DNA from: Deltaproteobacteria bacterium
GTDB taxonomy: Bacteria; Desulfobacterota; Desulfarculia; Adiutricales; Adiutricaceae
Length of the DNA stretch: 51,478 nt
Direction of reading: 5' to 3'
NCBI GenBank assembly: GCA_031257955.1
Contig: JAIRNQ010000352.1
Location: 1 to 51,478 of the forward strand
Shown one piece after another: positions 18,147-27,406 of the stretch. Numbering within the stretch: the stretch's first letter is position 1; each line of letters begins with the position of its first letter. The notes below the pieces were generated by a model. It searched no databases and was not told where the DNA came from. It saw only the letters and a program-made list of their open reading frames with translations. The position numbers were made by a program, and so were the translations under genes.

Positions 18147-18593
18147 TTATATGGCTGAGATGACGCCCTGTCCCCAGCTTTTGATGGTGTCGGTCGAATC
18201 GCCGGGGTCGCCGTTGATCTTGAGCTTGCCGCCCACGACCTTGGAACCCAGGTTGTTGAGCTTGTCGGTTATGGCGTCGACCGCCCCGCAAAAATGCGTG
18301 TAGTCCTCGTCGCCGCAGCCGAAAACGGCGGTCTTGACTCCGGAGGCGCCGATGGAGTCGAAGGCCTCGAAGAGGGGGATGAAGTCGTCCTGGAGCTCGA
18401 TTTCATCCTGGCCCCAGGTGGAGCAGCCGAAGAGAACCAGGTCCTTTCCGGAGCACAGCCCCGAGGGAGCGATCCCCCCGGCCTTGGCCGTCTGGACGGT
18501 ATGCCCGGCCGCCTTAATCTGTTCCGACAACTGACTGGCCACCCATTCGGTGTTTCCCGTGGTCGAACCGTAAACTATCAATACGTTGCCCAT
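18147..18593 (-). CDS. fld: short-chain flavodoxin (Desulfovibrio type)
   Basis: 148 aa. LIVYGSTTGNTE FMN-phosphate loop, LVLFGCSTWGQDEIELQDDFIPLF and FGCGDEDYTHFCGAVDAI align closely with my recollection of D. vulgaris flavodoxin. Confidence 0.92.
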   Translation of the reverse strand: MGNVLIVYGSTTGNTEWVASQLSEQIKAAGHTVQTAKAGGIAPSGLCSGKDLVLFGCSTWGQDEIELQDDFIPLFEAFDSIGASGVKTAVFGCGDEDYTHFCGAVDAITDKLNNLGSKVVGGKLKINGDPGDSTDTIKSWGQGVISAI

Positions 18594-19026
18594 GCGTTAC
18601 TCCTTCCTGGCACCCCACCGGGGCCGGTACGAACTTATAGAGGCGTTTGGTTTTTTCGCCCCCCAAGGGGGGGCGGGGTTTCGATCCTTGGCGCGTTTGT
18701 TAGTTTAGAATAACTGATTCTCAATTGCAATAGGAATTTGATCTTTTAACGGCAAGATCGAAAAAAAATTTTTTTCAACGATTACCCATCTTTAAACTCA
18801 TATAACAAATAGAGTCCACGATAAGCGCCAAAAAAAATTTTTTTAGAGCCCAAAAATCACTCCTTTCCAAACCCCTTACCAATTAAGCGCTTCATGACCA
18901 ACCTGCCCGGAAGTGGTATGATTTACGCCGCCTTCAGGGACCCCAAAATTTCTTGTCAAAGAAATCGTTTTGACACAATTTTTCCCTTTTCCCCTCCACC
19001 CCGCCAAGGTCGGGGCTCTCTCCCAG

Positions 19027-19130
19027 CCTGGGTCCCTACCCCAAGGCCCGGTTCCCTCCCGCCCGGGTTCCTACCCCCAGGCCCGGTTCCCTACCGCCCG
19101 GGTTCCTACCCCCGGGCCGAGTCCCTCGCC
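19027..19130. repeat. about 6 tandem 17-18-nt GC-rich units (GCCCGGGTTCCTACCCC-like)
   Basis: Read directly in the intergenic region between fld and citD. It generates the spurious Pro-rich ORFs 18894..19221. Confidence 0.8.
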
Positions 19131-19219
19131 AATCTGGCCGGGTCCCCCAAAACCGGTCCGCCCACTATCGCAGTCCCCAAAAGTTCCTATTTTTAATATT
19201 ATTAACTTTACGGATGCCT

Positions 19220-19251
19220 AAGATAACTTAAAAATCTCAAAAAGTTATCTT
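19220..19251. promoter_or_regulatory. 10-bp perfect inverted repeat in the AT-rich citD upstream region
   Basis: AAGATAACTT (19220..19229), a 12-nt spacer, then AAGTTATCTT (19242..19251), ~230 nt upstream of citD. Operator or hairpin candidate. Confidence 0.3.
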
Positions 19252-19483
19252 ACCAAGATTACTTTTGTTTTTAGTCATTACGCTTCAATAATTACTTAAA
19301 TATTTCATATATTCACATTATAATCTTGGTTGATAATAAATATAACTAAAAACGGTACTTGACTTATCTTTTTATAGATGCTACGATAAATACAAGTATA
19401 TAATAAAATTACTCTTACAAGTGTAAAAGTAAATTTTAATGATAATTTATAGGGATTAAATTGATAATTAGGAGGTGGGTGCT

Positions 19484-19774
19484 TTGAAAAGTGTAAAGAG
19501 GGTCGCCCAGGCGGGAACGCTGGAATCGAGCGACATCATGATTATCGTCGAGCCTGGGACGAACGGCCTAAGGGTGGACTTGGAAAGCATAGTGGAAAAG
19601 CAATACGGCCAGGCCATACGCAAAACAATCACCGATACCCTAAAGACCTTGGGCATTACCGACTTAAACGTCAAGGCCATCGATAAAGGGGCTCTCGATT
19701 ACGCCATTCGGGCCAGGCTGGTTACGGCTTTGTCCAGGGCGGACATCGTCCAGAGAAGGGAGGACCAACCATGA
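19484..19774 (+). CDS. citD: citrate lyase acyl carrier protein (gamma subunit)
   Basis: AGTLESSDIMIIVEP motif carrying the prosthetic-group Ser. AGGAGG at 19470..19475 favours the TTG start at 19484 over the GTG at 19475. Confidence 0.85.
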   Translation: MKSVKRVAQAGTLESSDIMIIVEPGTNGLRVDLESIVEKQYGQAIRKTITDTLKTLGITDLNVKAIDKGALDYAIRARLVTALSRADIVQRREDQP

Positions 19775-20634
19775 CCAGCCGCCGTTCTATGCTATTCGTG
19801 CCTGGGAACAACCCGGCCATGGTCCAAACGGCCAGACTGTTCGGGGCCGACGTGATTATATTGGACCTTGAGGACGCCGTGGCCCCTTCCGAGAAAGACG
19901 CCGCCCGGGAATTGGTGGCCAGCGCCCTGATGGCCATAGACTACGGGCCCGCCGAAAAATGTGTCCGCCTAAACGGCCTGGACGCGTGTTGTTCCGAGGA
20001 CTTGGTGGACATCGTCCCCAGCCATCCCGATTTGGTCATGCTGCCCAAGGTCAACCGGGCCGAGGACATCATAAGCCTGGCCGGTGAACTGGATCGCCAC
20101 GAACGGCCCGGCCAAAAGCGAATAGGTATCCTGGCCATCATCGAAAGCCCGCAAGGTTTGGCCGAGGTCCACGAAATCGCCAACTCCCACTTCCGGCTCA
20201 TGGGTCTTTTGCTGGGCGCCGAAGACTACACGGCCATGGTCGGATCCACCAGGACCAAGGAAGGGGCCGAAATAGCCGTGCCCAGGGCCCTGGTGGTTAA
20301 CGCCGCCGCCGCGGGCGACATAGAGTCTTTCGACGCCGTCTTCACCGACGCCAACGACGAGGAAGGCCTCCTGGCCGACACCCGCTTGGCCAAGAATATG
20401 GGCTTTACCGGTAAGGCGGCCGTCAACCCCCGCCAAATCAAGACCATCAACGATACCTTTAACCCCAGCCCTGCCGAGATCGAACAGGCACGGCGGATCG
20501 TAAAAGCCTTGGCCCAGGCCGAGAAGGAAGGTTCCGGGGTCGCCTCGGTGGGCGGCAAGATGGTCGATGCCCCGGTGGCCAAGAGAGCCCTCAACCTTAT
20601 GAACCTAGCCCGCAAACTGGGCCTGGCCAGCTAG
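19771..20634 (+). CDS. citE: citrate lyase beta subunit (citryl-CoA lyase)
   Basis: 287 aa. RSMLFVPGNNPAM N-terminus, HpcH/CitE-type DLEDAV and ESPQGL motifs. Its ATGA overlaps the citD stop. Confidence 0.9.
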   Translation: MTSRRSMLFVPGNNPAMVQTARLFGADVIILDLEDAVAPSEKDAARELVASALMAIDYGPAEKCVRLNGLDACCSEDLVDIVPSHPDLVMLPKVNRAEDIISLAGELDRHERPGQKRIGILAIIESPQGLAEVHEIANSHFRLMGLLLGAEDYTAMVGSTRTKEGAEIAVPRALVVNAAAAGDIESFDAVFTDANDEEGLLADTRLAKNMGFTGKAAVNPRQIKTINDTFNPSPAEIEQARRIVKALAQAEKEGSGVASVGGKMVDAPVAKRALNLMNLARKLGLAS

Positions 20635-20792
20635 GCCCAGTTTTACGGGCCGGACAAGCCCCAAGGCCAAACCCAATGTCTAACCACAAGGGCCAAGCCC
20701 AAGGGTTAAGCCCGAAGGGCAAGTATTGTTGGCCATAACCAGGTGACACCGTATCGACGCCATTGTTTGCGCCTACCCCATGCGAGCGAAAT

Positions 20793-22334
20793 ATGATCAA
20801 TTACTTAGGCAGGGATGTCCCGGATTACGTGGAGGGCTACGGTAAGGTCAAGCACTACCTGGGGGCCTTTAAGACGGTCCCCGAAGGGACGGCCTACGGG
20901 CCGCCGATTAAGGCCGCCAGTCCTCGCCGCTCCAAGTTCTATCCCAACCTTACCGATCTCTTTAAGGGCCTGGGCCTTAAAAGCGGTATGACCTTTTCCT
21001 TTCATCACCATCTCAGAAACGGCGATCAAGTCGTTAACATGGTTTTGGACACGGCCGCCAAGCTTGGCCTTAACGATCTGGCCGTCTCGCTGACGGCGGC
21101 CTTTCCCACCCACGCCCCCATGATTGGGCACATTAAAAGCGGCGTGGTTACGTCCCTTCGAACCAGCGGGGTTTACGGGCCTTTGGCCGCGGCCATTTCC
21201 GGGGGCGTTTTGCCAAAACCGGTTATCTTCCATAGTCACGGCGGACGGCCCCGTTCGCTTAAAAGCGGCGAGCTTAAGGTGGACGTGGCCATTATCGCCG
21301 CCCCCACCGCCGACGACCGCGGCAACCTAAGCGGGGCCGTGGGTAAGTCGGCCTGCGGTTCATTGGGCTACGCCTTTGGCGACGCCGACCATGCCACCCA
21401 CGTGGTAGCCGTGACCGACAATCTGGTTGACTACCCACTCCTTCCGGCCTCCATCGGCCAGAATAAGGTTGACCATGTGGTTTTGGTCGAAAGCCTCGGT
21501 GACCCCCAGGGCATCGTCTCGGGCACCACCAAGGTCACCAAGGACCCGGTGGGGTTAGTCATAGCCGACTTGGCGGCCAAGGCCATAAAGGCTTCCGGTT
21601 TGCTTAAAAACGGCTTCTCCTTCCAGACCGGGGCCGGCGGCGCCTCCCTGGCCGCCGCCCATTACGTGGGGCAGATGATGCGGGAGGCCAAGGTTAAGGG
21701 GAGTTTCGCCCTGGGCGGCATTACCGGCTACATGGTGGACATGCTGGAAGAGGGTTTGTTTGGGAACCTTTATGACGTCCAGAGCTTCGATCTCGAGTCG
21801 GTCAGATCGATGTCCCGCAATCCCAACCACGTCGAGGTCAGCGCCGATCTTTACGCCAATCCCTTTAATTCTGGTTGCCTGGTTAACGATCTGGACGCGG
21901 TCATCCTCGGGGCCACGGAAATCGATATCGACTTCAACGTTAACGCCATCACCGGATCCGACGGGGTGCTTATGGGGGCGGCCGGCGGTCACCCCGATAC
22001 CGCCGCCGGGGCCAAGATGACCGTAATCGTGGCCACCCTTCTGAGAAGCCGCTTGCCTATCGTGGTCGATCGGGTCATAACCGCCACCACGCCGGGGGAG
22101 ACGGTGGACGTTCTGGTCACCGAGTACGGCCTGGCCGTAAACCCTTCCCGGCCCGATCTAAAAGATCGTTTCGTCAAAGCCGGCCTTACGGTCAAGGACA
22201 TCCATGAGCTAAAGCGCTTGGCCGAGGACTTGGCCGGGGTCCCGGAAAAGCTAACCTTTGACGGGCCCATCGTCGCCCTGGTCGAGTACCGGGACGGCAC
22301 CATCATCGACACCGTCCGCGCCGCCGGCCAATAG
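20793..22334 (+). CDS. citF: citrate lyase alpha subunit (citrate CoA-transferase)
   Basis: ~513 aa from ATG 20793; the ORF track's 20763 is a TTG. The length, gene order after citDE and sequence character fit CitF. Confidence 0.88.
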   Translation: MINYLGRDVPDYVEGYGKVKHYLGAFKTVPEGTAYGPPIKAASPRRSKFYPNLTDLFKGLGLKSGMTFSFHHHLRNGDQVVNMVLDTAAKLGLNDLAVSLTAAFPTHAPMIGHIKSGVVTSLRTSGVYGPLAAAISGGVLPKPVIFHSHGGRPRSLKSGELKVDVAIIAAPTADDRGNLSGAVGKSACGSLGYAFGDADHATHVVAVTDNLVDYPLLPASIGQNKVDHVVLVESLGDPQGIVSGTTKVTKDPVGLVIADLAAKAIKASGLLKNGFSFQTGAGGASLAAAHYVGQMMREAKVKGSFALGGITGYMVDMLEEGLFGNLYDVQSFDLESVRSMSRNPNHVEVSADLYANPFNSGCLVNDLDAVILGATEIDIDFNVNAITGSDGVLMGAAGGHPDTAAGAKMTVIVATLLRSRLPIVVDRVITATTPGETVDVLVTEYGLAVNPSRPDLKDRFVKAGLTVKDIHELKRLAEDLAGVPEKLTFDGPIVALVEYRDGTIIDTVRAAGQ

Positions 22335-22498
22335 CCAGGCCGGCGGACTCGCCCCGGTCGAGTGCCGGGACGGCACCATCGTCGACACCGTCCGCGCCGC
22401 CAGCCAATAGTCAGGCTGGTGGACTCGCCCCGGTCGAGTACCGGGACGGCACCATCATAGATACCGTCCGCGCCGCCAGCCAATAGCCAGGCCGGCGG
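22272..22498 (+). repeat. 76-bp tandem repeat: the citF 3' end plus 16 nt downstream, re-duplicated about 3 times
   Basis: Unit CCAGGCCGGCGGACTCGCCCCGGTCGAGTGCCGGGACGGCACCATCGTCGACACCGTCCGCGCCGCCAGCCAATAG at 22335..22410 and 22411..22486. The first copy is the genuine citF terminus, and each copy ends in CAATAG. Confidence 0.9.
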
Positions 22499-22611
22499 CA
22501 GCCAAACAGGCCAAAGCGCAAAAGAGCTTTAACTAAAATAAACCGAATACTCGAGGGCATTGGCCTATAGGTTATGCCCGGCGATAACTAACCCAATGAG
22601 GCGTCGTCAAT

Positions 22612-23769
22612 ATGGGCTGGGATTCAATCGGAAACTTCGAGCTGGAGGCGGTTAACCTGGATTCCAAAAGGGATCTTGGTGAGGTGGCCGCGTTTTTGGC
22701 CAATCAGGGCCTGCGCTTTGGGCCCGATCTGGACCACACTGTCGTCCTGCGCCAATCCGGGGCCATCGTGGCCACCGGTTCCTTTAAAGGCGAAGTCATA
22801 AGAAACGTCGCCGTAAGTCCCCAACTGCGGGGCCTAAATCTTACGGCCATCATCGTGACCGCCTTGGCCAGGGAACAAACGCTTCGGGGCCTAACCCATT
22901 TTTTTGTTTTCACCAAACCGGACAACGTCGCGCCCTTCAAGGGCCTGGGCTTTGCCGAGATCGCCCGGGTCATGCCCTGGGTCGTTCTCCTGGAGACCGG
23001 TCTGGGCTCCATGAGCGACTGGCTCCAAGAAACGGCTCGGGTCCTCAACCATTTGCCCCGGCCCAGGGCGGCTCTGGTCATGAACTGCGACCCCTTTACC
23101 AAGGGGCATCAAGCCTTGATTCGCCGGGCCGCCGACGAAAACGAAGCGGTCGTCGTTTTCGTGGTCAGCGAGGACTCGTCGACCTTTCCTTTCGCCGACC
23201 GCTTCCGCCTGGTTAAGGAAGAGGTTAAAAACCTTCCCAACGCCATTGCCCTTCCGTCCGGAAAGTATGTAATCTCACAAGCCACCTTTCCCAACTATTT
23301 TCTTAAGCGGGAGGAAGGGGCCAAGGCCCAGTCCCAATTGGATTTGACCATCTTCGCCGATCGGATCGCCCCGGCCCTTGAACTCTCCCACCGCTACGTG
23401 GGCGAAGAACCCCATTGCCCGGTGACCCGGGCCTATAACCAGGCCATGCTCGAAATCCTCCCCACCCGCGGCGTTAAGGTAAAAATGATACCCAGAATCG
23501 CTTCGCGCTCCCAAACCGTCAACGCTTCTCTGGTAAGGGCCGCTTGGCAGGCCAACGACTGGGACACCGTCTCTTCGCTGGTCCCGGCCCATACCCTGGA
23601 CTACCTCCGGGGCTTCCAGTCCCTCCAGGCTCCTCAGGCCTCCCAGTCCCACCAATCACCACAGTCACCCCAGTCCCGTCCGGCGGGTCAGACTGGCCTG
23701 GAAAGATCAAAATGCCCCGCCACAAAAGAATCCCCCACCATCGAAGGCGCGAGCGATGGCCGGCGATAA
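22612..23769 (+). CDS. citC: [citrate (pro-3S)-lyase] ligase
   Basis: N-terminal GNAT-like region followed by a cytidylyltransferase-like VMNCDPFTKGHQALI motif. Gln/Ser/Pro-rich C-terminal tail. Confidence 0.85.
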   Translation: MGWDSIGNFELEAVNLDSKRDLGEVAAFLANQGLRFGPDLDHTVVLRQSGAIVATGSFKGEVIRNVAVSPQLRGLNLTAIIVTALAREQTLRGLTHFFVFTKPDNVAPFKGLGFAEIARVMPWVVLLETGLGSMSDWLQETARVLNHLPRPRAALVMNCDPFTKGHQALIRRAADENEAVVVFVVSEDSSTFPFADRFRLVKEEVKNLPNAIALPSGKYVISQATFPNYFLKREEGAKAQSQLDLTIFADRIAPALELSHRYVGEEPHCPVTRAYNQAMLEILPTRGVKVKMIPRIASRSQTVNASLVRAAWQANDWDTVSSLVPAHTLDYLRGFQSLQAPQASQSHQSPQSPQSRPAGQTGLERSKCPATKESPTIEGASDGRR

Positions 23770-25369
23770 TACCCAGTTTAAGGCCAACCCCGTTCAAGCG
23801 GCCATTTTGGGGGCCAGGGAGAGGCGCGCCCGCCGACGCCTGGAATTGGTTTGGCGTTTCGAGACGCCGCTGATTCAAATCTCCGTTAACGTCCCCGGCC
23901 CGGACAAACTTTCCGGGCCCTGGGGCAACGTTTTGGCCGAGGGCGTAAAAGCCGTCGAAAGAAAGCTCCACGAAAATAACCTCAGCACGCTACACCTGGA
24001 AGTCGGTCGGTCGATGGCCGGGCACGACGCTTTCATGGTCGTAGACTCGGATTCGCTGGCCTTAAAACGCTTATGCGTGGCCATCGAAAGCGAACACCCC
24101 CTGGGGCGACTGCTGGACATAGACGTTTTTGACAACCGGGGCGCGCCCATAAGCCGCCGGGACCTGGGAGCGCGCAAGCGACCCTGCTTCATCTGCGGCG
24201 AACCCGCCGTCTTGTGTCGACGGTCCGCCGCCCATGACCTTAGCGAGGTTTTGGCCTACATGCTAAACGTGGCCAAGCCCTACTTTGGGGCCGACCCCAC
24301 TGACCCCGGTCCATCTTCGCCGGACCCTGGATCGTCTGCCGCCACCACCGACTCCGGTCCGCCCTCGACTGACCCTGGGCCGCCTGCCACCCGGCCAATC
24401 GACAAAGCCGCGCCCGAAGTGCCCAGCGCGGCTTTGGTCGGCGGCTCGGCCGCCCCGACAAATTTGCCGCGGTTTCTCTTGTCCCAGCCTTTCGGCTTCA
24501 TCAATGCCGACAATTTTTCTTTGGCCCACGATCTGGCCGCCTTGGCCATCCAGGCCTTGATTTACGAGGTTTCCAGCTTTCCGGCCCCGGGCTTGGTCTC
24601 CCCCGTCTCCAACGGCGCCCACTCGGACATGAATTACTTCACCTTCATAGACAGCGCCAGCGTCCTATTCAAACACTTCGTTTACATGGCCGCCATCGGC
24701 TACTCGGATCGCTCGGAAGAGGAAATATTTTCGCTCATACGGGAAGCGGGGAAAAAAGCCGAGCAGGCCATGTACCGGAAAACCAATGGAGTCAACACCC
24801 ACAAGGGGGCGATCTTCGTTTTGGGAGTTTGTTTGGCGGCCACCGCAAAAGTCCTTCACAGAAAAGGAGCTTTTAAGGAAATTCACCTAGCCATCGGTTC
24901 CATGGCCCGCGGTCTGGTGGCCGCGGACTTGAACCTTACGGCCCTGGTGAAAAAAACCCGCCCTACCCATGGCGAACTTATCTACTATCACTACAACCTT
25001 CCAGGCGTTCGGGCCGAAGCCGAAGCCGGCTTTCCCATCGTCTTTAACCTGGCCTTGCCTTTCTATGAAGCGGCGTCCGATCTTCCCATAAACGATCGCC
25101 TGGTCCATACCCTCCTGGAAATCATGCGCCACTGCCAGGACACCAACGTCGTCTATCGCCAAACTCCCAAAGCCCTATCCAAAATCCAAGCCACGGCCAC
25201 CGAAGCCATGGCCCTCGGCGGTATACGCACCTCCGCCGGTCGATCCGCCATCAACGCCATGCATGACGAATTGGTCGCCAACAACATAAGCCCTGGCGGA
25301 AGTGCCGACCTCCTCGGCGCTACCGTGTTCCTCTCCCAAGCAAAACTCGAATATTTCCCCTTCCAATAA
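23756..25369 (+). CDS. citXG: fused holo-ACP synthase (CitX) / triphosphoribosyl-dephospho-CoA synthase (CitG)
   Basis: 537 aa. N-terminal ~180 aa are CitX-like (ILGARERRARRR...). A ~70-aa Pro/Ser/Asp-rich linker follows, then a CitG-like domain (FPAPGLVSPVSNGAHSDMNYFTFIDSA ... ISPGGSADLLG). Confidence 0.8.
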   Translation: MAGDNTQFKANPVQAAILGARERRARRRLELVWRFETPLIQISVNVPGPDKLSGPWGNVLAEGVKAVERKLHENNLSTLHLEVGRSMAGHDAFMVVDSDSLALKRLCVAIESEHPLGRLLDIDVFDNRGAPISRRDLGARKRPCFICGEPAVLCRRSAAHDLSEVLAYMLNVAKPYFGADPTDPGPSSPDPGSSAATTDSGPPSTDPGPPATRPIDKAAPEVPSAALVGGSAAPTNLPRFLLSQPFGFINADNFSLAHDLAALAIQALIYEVSSFPAPGLVSPVSNGAHSDMNYFTFIDSASVLFKHFVYMAAIGYSDRSEEEIFSLIREAGKKAEQAMYRKTNGVNTHKGAIFVLGVCLAATAKVLHRKGAFKEIHLAIGSMARGLVAADLNLTALVKKTRPTHGELIYYHYNLPGVRAEAEAGFPIVFNLALPFYEAASDLPINDRLVHTLLEIMRHCQDTNVVYRQTPKALSKIQATATEAMALGGIRTSAGRSAINAMHDELVANNISPGGSADLLGATVFLSQAKLEYFPFQ

Positions 25370-25516
25370 CTCCCGACTCACCTCCCACCCTTACCCCACA
25401 ACCACCCAATACCCGTAAACCATGCCCCAACCGGATCGCTTTACCCAGGTACCTCCACCGCGGATCTCGATAGCCCTCTGGAAGCCTGTCTAATCAAGGT
25501 CGAATGGCTTGCCCTA

Positions 25517-25695
25517 TTTTGTCGGGAACAATCGCCAATCGGCTTGAAAAGCCGCGCTCGTTTTAATCGGGAATAATCGCCAAACGGTGGGAAATGTCTC
25601 GCTCGTTTTTTGTCGAGAATAATCGCCAATCGGCTTGAAAAGCCGCGCCCGTTTTTTGACGGGAATAATCGCCAATCGGTGGGGTAGGGTGTGAG
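25517..25695. repeat. four tandem ~45-49-bp units (alternating a/b types) built around GAATAATCGCCAATCGG; degenerate copies extend to about 26235
   Basis: Units start near 25517, 25561, 25606 and 25653. The a-type units contain CGGCTT-GA-AAGCCG hairpins followed by T-runs, i.e. terminator-like on the + strand after citXG. Further AATAATCG / TAATCATGGCTAATCGTG copies occur at about 25853, 26000, 26108 and 26151. Confidence 0.8.
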
Positions 25696-26367
25696 AATTA
25701 TAAACTGGGAAGTCTTCAAAACCATGCCCGACAAGGACACCAAATCGGCCTCCCGGAATTTATAGTTTATGCGATTGCAAACTTGCGAAGGGGGTCTCGT
25801 TAGTATCGGTAAGTGAGGTGCCTTGTGCGGATGGTAAGATCATTTATTGCGATAATAATCGTTAAATGTGAGTGTGGGATGATGTTCGTCTATAACGAAT
25901 AACGTTCAAAAAGTTGACCACCGGTAATACTAAACGGCTCCTGATACTTTATCGATTATAGCTGGGTTAATTGGGAGGGAGATGTCGATTGTCTTTGGTA
26001 ATCATGGCTAATCGTGATGAGGGTAAGAAAGCCGTTCGTTCGAATCGTTAGTCAAGCGGTGCAAGGGGCTCGTTGGATAGTAGGGCGAGAGTTTTTGTTA
26101 TCGAGAGTAATCATGGCTAATCGTGTGGATCGAGCGAACGGCGTTATTCAGAATAATCGTAAGTCTGGCGGGGTAAGGCGATCGTTGTCGGTCGAATAGT
26201 GATCGATCGTTGGTGACAATCGGCGTTTTTCAAAGCCGCTGATATAGTCTACTGTTTATTGGTTTGGGGATAGGTGGTTGACCAGATAGGTTTAGTCCGT
26301 AAAGGGTATTGTAAGACCGATAGCTGACCGGCTGGCCTCAGACTGAAGGGCGATAAGGACGCTTGAG

Positions 26368-27282
26368 CTAGGGGGTGACCTCGAGCGGGAGGCGGCGTTC
26401 ACGGAAGCCAAAGGCGGCGTAGATGACGATAGCGGCGCCGAGAACGGCGATGGGAGTGAATGGGTCGGAGAAGAGTAGCCAGCTGGAGAGGGTGCCGCAG
26501 AGGATTTCCAGGGTGCCGATAACGCCGACCGTGTGGGCCGGGATGTGTTTGAGGGCGGCGAAGGCCATTAGCTGGGCGCCGGCGCCGAGGCTGCCCAAAG
26601 TCAGGCCCAGGGTTAGTTCCTTGAGGTTGTCGATTCCGAAGCCGGAGGAGAAAACGCTAGCGAGGGGAAAGGCCACGATCATGCAGGCTAGGCAATAAAA
26701 GATGAAGGGCTCAAGGCCGCGGTGGTCTTGGCCGAGGCGGCGGGTTAGGACGTAAGAGAGGGCGTAGAGGGCCGCTCCCAAGAGACCTATGGCATGGCCA
26801 AGGCTTAGGCTTAGGCCGCCGTCCCCGCCGGGGAGGACCAGCAGGACGCAGCCAACGAAAGCCGTAATTACTCTGGCCAAAGCCCTTATGGTGATTCGTT
26901 CGCCCACAAGGATGCGGGCCATAATCACGGTCATGGCTGGGTATAGGTATAAAATTACCACGGCCTGGTAGAGAGGGATCATGGTTATGGAAGTGGTCGT
27001 GGCGGCGCTGGCCAGGGCACCAGAGAGCCCGGTTAAGGCCAATAGACCAAGCTTTTTTACGATCGGTATGGTTTTGGTCAGGTAAGTTACGGCTATGGCC
27101 AGGGTCACGCCCACCACGCCCCTTAGAAACAACAGACCATAAACTCCTATGTCGGCGCTGACCAGGCGTAGGCCATTGTTGAAAGTGGCGAAAAAAATAG
27201 GCGAGGCCACGGCAAATGCGAAGGGCCAGCCCAGGTGGTGGCCTTGGGGTGGACCCGATAAATGTTTCAGGCTACCTGACAT
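26368..27282 (-). CDS. DMT-superfamily (EamA-like) transporter, copy 1
   Basis: 304-aa, 10-TM-like hydrophobic ORF with two EamA-like halves. Clearly alignable over its full length with 48042..48959. Confidence 0.8.
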   Translation of the reverse strand: MSGSLKHLSGPPQGHHLGWPFAFAVASPIFFATFNNGLRLVSADIGVYGLLFLRGVVGVTLAIAVTYLTKTIPIVKKLGLLALTGLSGALASAATTTSITMIPLYQAVVILYLYPAMTVIMARILVGERITIRALARVITAFVGCVLLVLPGGDGGLSLSLGHAIGLLGAALYALSYVLTRRLGQDHRGLEPFIFYCLACMIVAFPLASVFSSGFGIDNLKELTLGLTLGSLGAGAQLMAFAALKHIPAHTVGVIGTLEILCGTLSSWLLFSDPFTPIAVLGAAIVIYAAFGFRERRLPLEVTP

Positions 27283-27406
27283 GGCACGGCTTGGGGGTTA
27301 GGGGAAAAGGGAAAGCGGTACTGGCGTGCCAGTACCCGCACGGGCAAGGGAAGCAAGCCGGACCGAGGGTTCGGTTAAGGGCACGGACGGGCAAAGGGCA
27401 TAAACC

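Noticed and set aside
18700-18760. Possible Fur box (AATAACTGATTCTCAATTGCAATAGGAATT) upstream of flavodoxin.
   Set aside because: Only about half of the positions match the 19-bp GATAATGATAATCATTATC consensus in my best manual alignment, which is too weak to call.
18894-19221. Pro-rich ORFs of 83-100 aa between fld and citD, and 16273..16557 upstream of the IS.
   Set aside because: They are generated by the 17-18-nt GC-rich tandem repeats or by intergenic DNA. They have no RBS and no coding character.
25517-25695. Possible CRISPR array (a 19-nt conserved core separated by ~28-nt segments).
   Set aside because: The 'spacers' are themselves similar to one another (alternating a/b subtypes), there are only four units, and there are no cas genes. 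It is a tandem repeat, not a CRISPR array.
25441-25743. 100-aa ORF on the minus strand.
   Set aside because: Its translation is internally repetitive because it reads straight through the 45-49-bp tandem units. It is not a gene.
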